64,000 nt of DNA from Raillietiella orientalis (lineage: Eukaryota). The notes under the pieces are model-generated. The model saw nothing but the letters and a program-made list of their open reading frames with translations. It searched no databases and had not been told where the DNA came from. The stretch lies in NCBI GenBank assembly GCA_036172245.1, contig JAYWIR010000003.1, positions 4,526,001 through 4,590,000 on the forward strand, in the 5' to 3' direction. Of this stretch, positions 26,150 through 38,689 are shown one piece after another. Position 1 is the stretch's first letter, and each line of letters opens with the position of its first letter. A program made the position numbers and the translations under genes.

Positions 26150-26560
26150 TTTGGATTCGAGTTCGTGGGATCCATCTTAGGCATCCCCGCCCCCTCCGGA
26201 TGAGCATTACGAATTACTGCGTGGAGAGAGGAATGTGCAGGGATCGGATAAGGTTGTCCAACTTTGGTGCATGCAGTGGATGCTTTCGAGGGGTGCTCCA
26301 CGGTTCCCACCATCCTCTGGTGCTCGCCAGCAGCGCCTCGTGGCCGACGACCTGCAATGCCTCCGGTGCACCTCCCTCTTAACACTTTGCCGGAGAATGC
26401 TTGGGAATTCAGATGAGCAGCTTGCTGCACGCCCTCTGCCATCTTCAATCTGACCTTTTCCAGTCGATCTCGTTGGATCAGGGGGTCAATCAGCTATCGA
26501 TACAGCAAACACCCCCTGATTTCAGAAGTACCGAAATGCTGAAAGCGCTTTTGTAGTCGA
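26150..26560 (-). mobile_element. Possible R2-type restriction-like endonuclease C-terminal remnant
   Basis: LIDPLI (~IDPTI), EALLASTRGWWEP (~A..IG.RGSW.P) and LIRSLHI in the expected order. Weak. Confidence 0.22.
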
Positions 26561-28437
26561 AGCCGACTGACCATCTCCCACCGCCAAGAGGATAACGTAT
26601 GAACATGTGACTGGCGAGGGTAGCATTTCGTAAAAGTAAGCACGGAGGAATTAGACGGGGAAAGCTTCTTATGTGGGGGGGGGGAGGGGAGGAGTGTCTG
26701 CTCTTGTCTCCAGGCCAGCATCCTGCTGATTGAGCTCGCCGTGTGCTTTACCACATACATTCATCTCACGGTGCAGAAATGACACTCACCTCTTTTTGTC
26801 TTTGCGCGTTGGGAGTTACACGCGTCTTCTGATCAATTATGCGTCATCACCTCCCTTCAAAAATCATTTGCCAATGATTCCCATTTCCGAGTGTGGGAAA
26901 ACGAGTTCCGGGAGCGGAATAGAGTTATTTTCGTGCCACACGTTCCGCATCACGTTTTTTCGCCTGTACATGTGTACTCATGGTGCACAGATATCGCTCT
27001 TTCTGTCCTTCACGGATGCGTGTGTGTGCTTTCCCCCCCCCCCCCCCCACTGAAATTTCTCCGATTTCCAGGAGCGCGCGCCTGCGTGCTCACTTTTCTT
27101 GGGAGCCTCGCGTGCGGTGGTGGTCGCCTCCCAAGTATGGCTCCCTACTCTCCCAGCCACAAGCGGAAATCGCCATCTGGTCTCAGAGGGCAGCGGTCGC
27201 CAGCGGCGAGCAGCGCAGTTCTTCCGAAGAGAGGAAAGGGCGAGCCGCGAGCATACTGCAACGCCGTCGTCCCTTCTGCTTGCGCCGCGTTTCCCACGCC
27301 GTGGGATCCAACGGGTGCCTCTCATCGCACATCTCCTCCTCCTCCGTTCAGCAGGCAGTCTGAACGCAGCTTCCGCCGCCAGCACACTGGCGGCGGAAAC
27401 TGCTTCTCCCCCGGAAAGAGGCCGCTGTCCTCAGAACCGCCCGGGTCTGCTTCGCACTTGCAGCAGAAGCTCCCAAGACAGAAGGTCCGGCAGCCATCGC
27501 TCCGGCAGCAAAACCGACAGGCTGCTTTTTGTGATGATGACGATGACGATTCGAGTCCCTCGGTGACACAAGTGGCTTGGCTGAAGCCTGAAAGGGTCCA
27601 CACCTTGTGGACCTGGCGGTGGTCTCAGGATGAGCTGAAGGGCGCCGATGCACTTTTGGCGTCCGTTGTGCTTCTGTCTGTCGCACTGGCTCGCAACCGG
27701 TGCGAACGCGATCTGCGGACCCACGGCTCCAGGGAAAGGTACGAATGACTAACCCTATTTCTTTGATCTCCGTACGATAGGCTTCGTGCGCCGGGGGATG
27801 CAACCGCGGCGGACCGCTAAGGCCTCCGACAGCAATGGCAGAAAGGCTTTCCATCTCGGCACTGTCCCTGAAGTCCCGTCCCTCCTTGTTTTATACGCAG
27901 GCGTTGATGCCTCTGGCGGAACTTGGCAATGCGTGGCGGTCGTCCGTTGCTTCCGTCCTTTCCTGCCTGGTTCTCACATCTCGAGGGGAAGCTCCCTTGA
28001 GGGTTTCCGCGAGCGGAGTCCTCCCCTTCCGTAGTTTGTGGTTCCGGCCATCTTTGTCCTCCCCGTGCATTTCTCACTGTTGTGCTGGACTTCCTCCTCA
28101 TCGATGCACCTGTGATAATCTCTCTCCACATCCCTTCCCTCCCCCCCACCTCCTCCTCGCGGCTGCAGCTCCCCTTCTCCTCCATCAGAGTTCCATCTGG
28201 CTGACATCCGGTCGGTCGCTCGCCTTCCACAGGTCCAAATGCTTTTTACGGCGCCGTTGGCTCTGGACAACTGGCCGGTAGCGTCGCCCGATAAGAACCT
28301 TCCCAGGTCTTCTTGCGAGGGTGGCCGCGAAAGCTCTTTGATCACCACCTCACGAAGCGAGTGCTGAGTAATTTCTCTCACGGCGCCAGCCGGGGATGCG
28401 AGGAGCTTGAAGCGACTGTCCACGATGAAGCCCAAGA

Positions 28438-28620
28438 GTCTTGGCTTATCACCCGGTCACGCCAAGACGTTCATAATAAAAAGGAAACATACATGGGTAG
28501 GGCCATCGGCCCTACATCGTCCGAAAATGCTCGGAACCTGCCGAGTGACCGGCACGCAGGCCGGCGAGGTTCGCCTCGACAGCGGAGGGGCAAACAAAAA
28601 TTAAAAAAAGAAAATCAAAG
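28438..28620 (-). repeat. Structured 3'-terminal module of the local Tx1-like family, copy D
   Basis: Minus strand: T-rich tract, hairpin CCGGC-CTGCGT-GCCGG (28549-28564), 8-bp hairpin GTAGGGCC/GGCCCTAC (28497-28515), terminal ATGAACGTCTTGGCGTGACCGGGTG. Confidence 0.65.
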
Positions 28621-31600
28621 TTAATGAAAAAGGAAAACTATGGAGAGCACGGAAAGGGCTCACTGTCTTCTGGAGGGCGTCCTTTGCATCGTTTCCAGGA
28701 TGCCGGCAAGTCCCATCCGAGTATGGGTCCCAGGTGGGTCCATCTTGCTGCCGTCTTCATGAAGCGCAGGGCCAAGCAGATGCCATCCCTATCGCCCCGC
28801 CTTCCTCTCGCGTAGCTCCAGGCCACCTCCATCCGATCCCGCGTAGGCGGCAGCAGAGAGCTGCCGGGGATGCGGCAGGCGAAAGGGCATCGCGCACGAA
28901 GAGGCGCTTCATCACGTCCCTGGGATTGTCCGTCGGTGCACCAAGGGCCGTTGGGTAACGCAATCACAGGGGTCGGAGGGCAACACAGTCCACGAGCAGG
29001 TGAGGGAGCGATTCCCGTTCCCCGCACCTGCAACAGTTGGGGTCCACAGCCCTCTGGGTCCAGTGAGACTGGCGGGCGTTGCACGGGAGACCCCAGTGCA
29101 ACACCAGCAGTGGCGACTCCTGTCACTTCAGGGGGAGGGCCCGGTTGTTCTTTAGCGCTCGGGGAACCACATGAGGTCTTCCTGCGGGATTCCCAATAGC
29201 TCGCCCCAGCGCAATAGTCCTTGCGGTAGGGCGCTTGAGGTCGCAGCGTCCGCGAGCTGGCCCGTGGTGCAACCACCTGATTCTTTCATCTTTTCCTTTA
29301 TCTCCTGCCGCAACTGACCTCCCATTTGACCAGCTGGTTACTTCCCAGGTGTTCCCTGAGGGAGGGCAGTGCCGCTTCCGAGAGTCTTGGGGAGCGGGGG
29401 GACTCATTCGTGCTCCCATGAAAACTCGTTCCCTCTGATCGCGAATAGGAAGGAAAGCAAAAAGACGAGATCCGCGACGTCCGCTTTTTCCTGTCCGGCA
29501 GCGAGTCTTTCCGAGTCCTTCCTTGCTGCCGTCGCCTCCTCGTGGAGAGCGGCAGCGTCGGAGGCGGACGCCTTCGAAGCAGCTTCCGGCTCTCATCCCA
29601 GCAGGCTCCTTCGACGGATGAAGATCGGAGGACGCTGCCGTCCGGAGCGACCGAAGGGAAACTGAAGAGGCCCGCAGCGACGTGGAGACGCGGGCGGAAA
29701 GAGGCGGAGTGGGCGCGTCTGGGTCGAACGAGCTGGCCGTTCGCGGTCGGGGAGGTCGGCCAAGGCATGTCGACTTCAATCTGCACGGCGTCTGGCGAAA
29801 GGGTTCACGATTCTCCCTCTGCGTAGCGAAGCAGCAGCCAGTCCTGAGGGAAAGCCACGCCCTAGGCGAGGCAGCCTCGGCGCGAGCACTCCCTGCTCCA
29901 CAGGGAAAGCGGGAGGTCTCGGATTGCCGATCCACCTAGGCGGCACGCAGCTTGTGACAAGCGTCTTCCTCCAGGGACGGCGCGGGCAGGATTCTCAGAG
30001 GGTGGCGTGGCGTGGGAAGAGACGCGCAGTGCCATCCCCAATCACGGCTCGGAAGGAGGGAGGGGGGCATCCATGAGTTTGCTAACCCAAAGACACCATC
30101 TGGTCCAGGAAGTCCGGATCGAGCCCCCAGAGCATGGAGGTCCACGATCTCCCCGATTCCAGGATCAGCGGGCTGGGAACGGAAGCCAGGTCTGGTGCTG
30201 CAGGGAGAGGGCTGGAGTCTCCGCCCCCCTTCAATTCCCTTCAGAGGAGGAGTAACAGTAACAGTAACCTCCCCGTAACAGTAGGAGCGATCGCCGTCGG
30301 GTATTTGGGATCACGGAATCGGGAAACGACGACGGAGAGGGAGAAGTGCGGACCTCTAAGGAGCAGGCTGGAGCACGTCGGTATGGCCGTGGCGGGGTCG
30401 ATGACCCAGAGCTCTCCCCGGGCGTACTGTGGGAGCATCGGGTGCGTAACACCCCTAATGAAGTGGACTCCTAGAAGCACGCCCCGTCCTCGGGGCTAGG
30501 GGAAAGGGCCAGATGGGGAAGTGGCTCAGTCCTCTCCTCCTCCTCCCTCTCCACCCAAAGCAACAAAAAGGGAATGAAAATTCCTGAGTTTTCCACAGCA
30601 AGCGCCATCGGCATCCCTCCTGCTACGCAGGTGCCAGCCACGGCCTGTCTGCGACTCCGAAGGAAAAAAGCTGTCCACCTGGCGCTATCCTCGCCGGTGC
30701 TGTCCGGACGTGCCCACCTCCTGTCCAGAGGTGGGGAACCGAGCACTCCCGGAGGAGGATGACCGTGCTGTCGGTCCCCGCTCCGCGCCGCACTCGGCCC
30801 GGATTCCCCGTTCCTCCTGGTGCTCCTTCTCCTCACCTGGCCTTCCGGAACAGACGTGCGCAGTGCGGAGGCGCGCGCGACACGCCGCGAGGGCAGTTGC
30901 CAGCGAGCCCTGCGGCACGGAGAAGGAGCGCGGCGGCGACGGACCGCTCCGAGGCCGACGCGCTCCAAACGACAGGTCTTTTCCAGGGCTGCCGGCCGCC
31001 TCGCGTCGGTGCCACCCACGCGCCGTCCCCGGGAGCCCAAGAATCGCGAGGGCGAGGGCCGCGCGCTGCGCGTGGGGAAGCAGGGGAGCCCGACCTCACC
31101 TCACGGCAGCCTCGACGGCGGCCTTGCGACGGGCAGCGCCTGAGACCCAATGGTCCCTGCGTCCCTGGGCTCTCGCGGTCTTGAGCTCTTCCTCGAAGTG
31201 GACGTTTCGTGAACCCTGCGCGTCGTCCACCTAATTCGACTCTATGAGGTACGAGCATTTCGTTCCTGCGGGGAGGAGCCCTTCCTCTTCCTATTTCCTC
31301 CTCCCATTCTCCTCCTTCATCCTCCTCCCTTCCTCGTTCCACTTCCACCTCTTCCCCCGTCCTCCTCCCCTCCTCTTCCTTCCACTTCCGCCACGTCCTC
31401 CTCGTTTTCTCCCTCCTCCTCTCCTCCTTCCATTTCCGGCTCCGCCCACCCGGCTCGCTGAGGACGCCGCTGCTCCGCTGAACGGCTGCTCCGCGCCAGG
31501 CGTGTCGCCGAGGGAGGAAGCAGCGGTGGCCGACGCGGCAAATCCACGGGCGCGGTGGACGTGGAGAGCCACGCGTGCCGGCCGCCCACGCTGGTCCCGA

Positions 31601-33880
31601 CAGCCGCAGCCGCCTCGATCCCGGGAATCCCGGCTCCGCCGCGTTCAGAAGCGACACCTTCCCGGAGAGAGTCGTCGCTCCGGGGAACCTTCCAAAGATC
31701 GGCGTGCGTCCGCGCTCTCGCCGGTGCACGCGCGAAGAAGGAGAGGACGCCCGTGACCCGGGCCTGGGACGATTGACCGCTTCGACGACGTTCAAACGGC
31801 AGAGGCCGCCCGGTAGGCGGAACCTCGATGGCCGGTGGCAGCAGCGTTCCTCTTCTGCTCAGCATGAGCCATTCTGATCCCAGTTCGGGATTTCCTTCTC
31901 GGCCCGGCTCCCAGGAGAGAAGAGGAACCCACAACTCCCGTCCCCGCCTTCCAGGCAGAAGACAAGTTTTTCGGTTTCGGTGAGAAGAAAAAAGGCCGCG
32001 CGCCCTCCTACGAAAAAGTAGGGGGTGGGAGAAATTTATCCGTCCAGCCACCCATCCGTCCCAAATAGCTCCAGCAATTTCCAGTGGGCTTTCTGGGTTC
32101 CTTCATTGACCCCTTGAGGATTTCTTGCTGACCTGAAGACGATGGCTGCGTGGGTTGCTTGGAGGGGTGATGGGGCCAGCGGGGCTCCTCGCGCTCCCAA
32201 GGGAGCGAACGCTCCCCGACCGCGCCCAGGGACCTTCTTGACGCCCGGGCCGGGAGTCCGCGATCTTCGAGGACGGCAGCCTCTCGTCTCCACAGAATGG
32301 GAGGCAGGGCAGACAAGTCGTGGGTTGTACCTTGTGGCGCGAGAGGGTACCAGGGGCGTCCGAACTTCCAGGAGGAGTCTCTGCCGTTGCCGGGTCGAAC
32401 CACCGGCCGCCTCTCGAAGCCGGCGAGGTGGCGCGCGCGGGAGCCCCGGGAAGAAGGGGGTCGGCCAATGCTAGCGCAGGGGTAGGCGGGGGAGGGGACC
32501 TCCAGGGATGCGGATCGCGAAGGGGAGCCAGGAGAAGCGGCCGCGGGAGGGCAGGGCGCGGTCATTCGGCCGCGAGGGTGCTGTCGCCCCGAGAGGGAGG
32601 AGGAGTAGGCGAAGGGGTGCTCTTGAGCGCACTGGGTGCTGCCGATGGAGCGACAGGGCCGACCAGGACGAAGGTCGCTCGAGGGAGGGGCCGCCCGCCC
32701 CTCGCGGTGGGACTCCCGACCTCCCGGAAGGGGGGGTGCGGAAGGGGGGAGGAGAAGATCCCCTAGAAAGGCGGAGGGGAAGAGCCTCCCGTCCCGTCCT
32801 CTCCAGGAGGCGCTGCCCCTCCCCCTGAGAGGGGAACGCAGCGACGACGGCCGATTCCCCCCCCCCCCCCCCCTCTTCCGTTGCCCAGGCAACGGGCAGG
32901 CCTTCTGCTTCCCGCGGTCGCGCCGGAGGAGCTCGGCGGGACTGCCATTCCCTCGGTGCGTTGCCGTCCCCGCTGGATGGAAGGAGGGGGTGGGTGGGTG
33001 GGAAGCTGTCCGGTGAGGGCGGTGCTACGGGAGGGAGGGAGCACAGGGGGACGGCCGGCGGAAGATCCGCACCCTGCCTCCGCTGCTTCCTCGGTCGCCA
33101 GGGAAACTTCCTTCTTCCTTCTGGGCCCCCTGTGCGAGGTGGACTCCCCTCGAGACTTCTCTCGGGCCTCCCTTCGGACAGGGTGCTGGCGGCAGGGGAA
33201 AGGCGACGGCTTGGGAGCGCAGGGTGGCCCGTCGCGGAGTGCCCGCAGGCGCGTCCCTGCCGCAGCCTGCAGTCGGGGTTTCCATGGCGCCTCCCACCGG
33301 AAACGCGTCCCCCGGCCGGCCGCCGTTCCACCGTCGGGTCGTCCCCTGTCCCGGTCGGGATCCGCTCGAGCGGGCGAACGAGAAGGCGGGACCCCCCCCC
33401 CCCCAGACCGTCCTTGAAGCTCGTCCGGAGACCGCGACGAAGTCCTCCGCGGCTCCAACGTCCCGAGACGTTCCATCAGGAGAGGGGAAGGGAGGGTGGG
33501 AGAGGAGAGGAACGCCGGATCCTTAAAGAGGCCGCCTCGGGTGAGACTGCAACGAATCGCGCCAGAGCGGCGTTGGTGAGTCGGGAAAGCGCGCGCAACG
33601 CGGGACCCCCCCCCCCCCTCCCTCCCGCAGGTGGTAGCGCCCCCCAGCAGTTTTCGTTTCGCTTTGTTTTTTCCTCTCGTAACCAAAAGATTTAAAAAAA
33701 AAAACACACACACACACTCTGCCCCCCCCCCCTCCCCCCTCGAGCCTGGTTCCGCGCATTCCATCTTATCTGGAGCTTTTGGTCCTCACCGCTCGGAACA
33801 ACGGCCTCAGTATCCGCAGCAGGAGCGTCCGTCCGCCGAGAAACCAACGAGCAGCCGGAGGTTGCCACCCCGAGCTCTTC

Positions 33881-34020
33881 GCAGCCGCGGCCGCAGCAGC
33901 AGCAGCAGCAGCACCACCACCACCACCACCACCACCACCATCATCAGCAGCAGCAGCAGCTGCAGCAGCACCACCAGCAGGAGGAGGAGGAGGAGCCGAG
34001 GAGGAGGAGGAGGAGGAGGA
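33881..34020 (+). repeat. Compound trinucleotide microsatellite (CAG)n(CAC)n(CAG)n(GAG)n
   Basis: Read directly from sequence. Would encode poly-A/P/G/E or poly-Q/H depending on frame. Confidence 0.9.
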
Positions 34021-37000
34021 AAGGATGATAACGCAAGCACGTTCCGGCGGCGGCGGTCAGAAGCAGCAGCGGGCCGACCCGATCGATCGTCCCTACGGAT
34101 GCCTCGAGGAAGCGACGCAACCCCCAAGGATGCCGTCGCCTGAAGACGCCGCCCACGCCGCCGGCCGCGGTCCCCCGCGCAGCAGGTAAAACTCCCTTCC
34201 CCTCCTGCCCCCCCCCCCCCCCCCTTCCGAAAAGACACACACACAACACTCGGAGGACCGGCCGAGGAGCGACCAGGAAGCCCCTCCTCCCCTGACCGCC
34301 CCGCGTTCGGAGGGCCCGTCGCGGACGTGCGCGCGCGCGCGCGCGCCCGCAACGCCGGGCGGCGGCCCCGCGGGGGACCGGGGACCGGCGTCGAAGGGTA
34401 GTCCGGCTTCGTTCCCGGCGTCGCGCCGCGTGGGCAGCAGCCCCAGGGGTCGCTCGGCAGGCAGCCTCCCGTGGATGAGAGGGGGGGGGAGGTCGCTGGG
34501 TGAGCGCTCGCGCGCGAGTGCGGAAAAAAAGAGAAAAAAACCGAAGGGTGGAGAGAGCAAAAACGCGCCCGGCATCCGCGCCCACGCCGCTGCGCCGATC
34601 CCGAGGGAATGCGGGGCGACCATCCCGGCCTTGCGCGCGAGAAGGGGGGGGGGGGAGGAGGAGGAACGGCTGACGCGCGCGCGAAACCGGACACCGCTGG
34701 GGTCGGTCGCTCCCGGAGTTTTTTCGGGAATTTCGGCGCCCTCCGCCTTTCGGCTGTGGGGAACCCTCAGGAGCAGCTCCGGCGACTCCCGAGAAGCAGC
34801 GCGCGCGCTCCCCCGCGAAGCTCAGGAGGGGTCGGGGCCGGAGGGAAGGGAAGGAGGGGAGGGGGCGGGAGGCGATGGCGCACGGGTGGGGCAGGAATTC
34901 ACCGAAACTGTCAAACTGGTCGGTCGTGAAAACGGACGCGGTCCGGCAGCAACAAACACGCGCGATTTTTTTCTTTTTTTTTTGCCTCCTCCTCCTCCCC
35001 CCCCCATTCCCCCCCCCCCTCCTCCTCCTCCTCCTCCTCCTCTGGAGTCTGCAAATACGAGCGACCTTGAACGCTAATTTTACAACGTCCGGGAGCTGCC
35101 CAATGCGATTGTTGTGAGGGGTGCCCACCCTGAGCAAACGCGGGCCGCCCCTCCCCGTGTTTACATTCTGCGCGGAGCACGCGCGCGAGCGTGCAATCCG
35201 GTCACACGTCAGACTTTCCCGCTCTCGTCACGGATCGGCCTATTTTTACCGCCGTTTTTACGAAACTGCCCTCTCTCCCACCTCTCGCCTCCCCCTCCCC
35301 ACCTGCGAGCAGGGGAGGCGGAGGGGGGAGGGGAACAAAAACGAAGGAGAAAAGAATTGCGGCCCGAAAAAAAAAAAAAAAAGAAAAAAAAAAGAAAAAA
35401 AGAATTGCGATCTTCGCTCGCCTTCCGCGTGGAAACTCCGAATGCGCCGGCGGCATCACGGCGGGCGCTCCTCGGACCTACGACGGCGCTCGCGGACGCG
35501 AGATGGGACGGAGGGGAGGGGAGGGGGCTGCGTGTGGGGGGGCGGGGGTCGCGGTGCGCGCGAGCCGGGCTCATCGCGTGCCGGTGTCGTGGCGCGTGCA
35601 GCCGTGCCGCTTTCCTTTTCCGGCCGCTCGACAGGACCGCCTGCCGTCGCTTCTGCTCGAGGGAGGGGGGGGGGGGGGGGGAGGGCAACCCGGGAAGGGC
35701 GTGCGTTGCCAAGGGGTCGCCAACTGACCGTTCGAGCAGTCGCTCCGCGGTGTTTTTTTCTCGCTCGACCGGTCGCCGCCGTTCTCCCGTTTGCGGCTCG
35801 CGCGAGCGCGCGCCGCCGCGAGGAAGGAAAAACAACGCGTGGAGCCCTTTGGACGGATTGCCGTGGCAACCGACCTCACTCCGTTGCCACCGCCGCCGCC
35901 TCCACGAAAGGCATGAATGAACTTGAAAATCTGCAGTGCCCGGCGCGCGGCTCTCAGCGAGAGAGCCCGCCGAGGGCGAATTCTCCTTTCGTTCCCGTCG
36001 CCAGGGCTGCGGCAGGAACGAAGATGAGGGTGGAGGAGGGGAGAAAAACAGAGGCTGAGGGTCAGCCGGGCGCGCCCACCCTTTCGTTGGAAGCGGACCG
36101 CGCGAGCAGCCGAGTGACCGGCGTCGCGCAAGCAGGCGGTGGCGCCGGAGGAGGGGCGCGACCGCCTGCCTCTGGCCCCCGAGCTACCTCCAGCCTTCCA
36201 TGTTACACACCCTCGAGGCAAGGGAACCTCCTCCCGTCCCCAACTGCCGACTTCCGCCGTCACCCTTCCTCTCCCGTTCCCGAGGGTTCGCAGTCCAGGG
36301 TCCGCCTACCGCCTCGCCGTCGAGGGGACACGCTGTGCTTGCGGCCTGCGCAGTCAGCGCCGCCCCCCTCTCGAGCGCGGGTGGGGCGAAGGAGGGGAGG
36401 AGGAGGAGAGTGGGCGGAGGCATCGCCGCCGCCTGCATGGGTGAGGGCGGAGCAGCACCCCTGCCGCCTCCGTCCCGCGCCGCGGCGTAGCTGCGCAAAC
36501 TTCCCCCTTCCCCACCCTGCGTCCCCTGGGAGCCAGTCCCCGACCGATCCCTCCACCCCCTCCCTTCGCTCCTTCCTTCCCTTTTTCCTCGGTCAAGGAG
36601 CCCCTCCGTGTCCACCAAGGTTCGCACGTGAACTGGAGACTCCCCGCTTCCCCCCAGGCGCGGTAGCCCTGAGAGCGCACTGCGTGACGAAACGGCGCAT
36701 GCGGGACTGCGCGCAGCGGTTCGAGGGAGGGGCCGCCGCCGTGAGGAGTTTCCTCCCCCGCCCACCGCCTTCGAGGAGCAGGGCTGCACGGGGAGGAAAG
36801 GGAAAAAGGGATGGCAGGGAGGGGAACGAGGGCGCTGCCGCCACCACTCCGGCCCCCTCGAGCTCCGGCAGCAGGAAGGGGAGGACCGGGAGACCGAGGC
36901 GGACACGAGGGGGGACGGCGGACCGACTCGCCAGGAGCGCATCGCGTTTCAGCTGCTCGTCCCACAGGAAGAGCAGGGAGCGCCCCGGGAGCTTCTCCAG

Positions 37001-38689
37001 AAAACCTCCCATGGCGGTCTCGGACGATTTTCCTGCAACCGGGGGCGGCTGCGCGAGGCCGCAGTCCCGACCCCCCCGGCTTGGAGAAGCTCCCGAGAGG
37101 GAACCAAAGTGATTCACAGAACGGCGGACTGCATGAGGGGAGGGCGGCAGCGAGCAACCGCGCTGGACACGAAGGGGGAGCGGCGCACCCCCATCGTCAC
37201 AGATTCCCCTTCCCGCCCTTTCAGAGCCATCTTTTTCCTCCTCTCCCGCTTGCATTTCCTCTGTCTCTCCGAACCGAGTCCTTCGGGCTGTGTGGCGGTT
37301 CCTGCACGGGGGTCCTTGTGGAATCCCTCGCCCTCGCTCTGCCATTCGTCCCCCCCCTCCCCTTCCCTGCTGCCGCCTCTGCCACATCCGGGTCGAACGG
37401 CCGGCATCCTCCCTCTCTGCCGTTCTCTTCCGTCGGCTCGCTGGGCGGCTCCTTCCTCTGGTACGCCCGGGTCTCTCCGGAGCATCCTCCGCTCTTTTGT
37501 TTTCTCGAACTTCCTCTGTCTCCTGTCGAAAAGGGACGCTAGGGCGGAGGGGCGGGCGGGCGGGGAAATGGCGGCAATGAACTTGACCGCTTTTCGCGGA
37601 ATCCCCCGTGAGCTCGTTCTTCGCAGATTACTTCGGAGGCAACCGCCATTCGGTCTGAACCTCCTCGCTAATGACCGCACGGACGCCTGCAGTTCCGTCC
37701 GCGTATATAGAGGTCAGGGACGCCCTTGGAGCCCCACAGAGGCGTGAAACGGAATCCCAATGGCATTGCGCCTCAACAGTAGGAAAAACAAACACGCGTG
37801 GTGATCTTCGGCTTCACCCTTAATTAACGTCTGCTAACGAAGGGGAGCTGGTAATCCCTCAGAGGAAAGAATGCCAGCATCAATTGGTTCCTCCCAGCTC
37901 CCTTGTTCGATAAAGGAGGAGGATCGCCATCCGAAACTGAGAACGATCATCTCGGCCATTTGAAAGGAAGAACGGTCTGTGTTGACGTGTGTTTGCGAAA
38001 AATGCTGATGTATAGATGGAGGTGAAAGTTGACCACGAGTGACTTCCGGGACGCGGGCGAAGCAGAAGAAAATCGAGGATTCCATCGTGAAGACAGTCAC
38101 AGTAGGGAAAAAAAAAAAAAAAAAAACAGCAGCTACAACGAAAAGAAAAGACATAGGAAAGGTCAGCTTTCGGTGCAGTACTTCTTCTCTGTGGTTGTGC
38201 TGCTCCGAAAAGTTACCAAAGATAATAAGCGAGAAGTGTCGCGACGTTGTATCATTTTGTTTGTCTTTTTGTTTTTTTTCCCCCGCCAATTACCGCGATC
38301 GTCCGACAAGAAAACCTGTTCTTAACTGTTAAACTGGTACGGCTCGGTACTGTACGCATGAATTGCAAGTCTGATGGGATTGGTTTGTGCCTTTTACATT
38401 TCCATTGGGTGCCAAAGTAGGCTTACTTTGCTTAACAATGTCGGGTATAGCCTACATTGTTGATGTCGCTATTTATAAAAAGCCTTGATCGCTGTTGTTT
38501 CCATGGAGACGTGATTGTTGTGTCTACACCGTTGGGGAACGGCGCAAATTCTCTCGCGTAGTTACTCGTATGTGATGAGTAGACGTTACGGGATGGTCAC
38601 GGGGTAACTACGTGACGTTACTACGGGATGCTCACCTGTCGACTGTGGGCTTCGTGGGTGCTGGGGTACCGCTCACGTAGGACGGAAGT

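Noticed and set aside
35060..35137. LRR-like peptide HNNRIGQLPD on the minus strand
   Set aside because: Lacks the LxxLxL pattern, is a single unit, and has no convincing splice context.
35121..37112. 663-aa plus-strand ORF and many other long ORFs in 29-37 kb
   Set aside because: Very GC-rich, R/P/G/A-dominated, crosses homopolymer runs, several frames open at once, no domain motifs. Stop-codon scarcity explains it.
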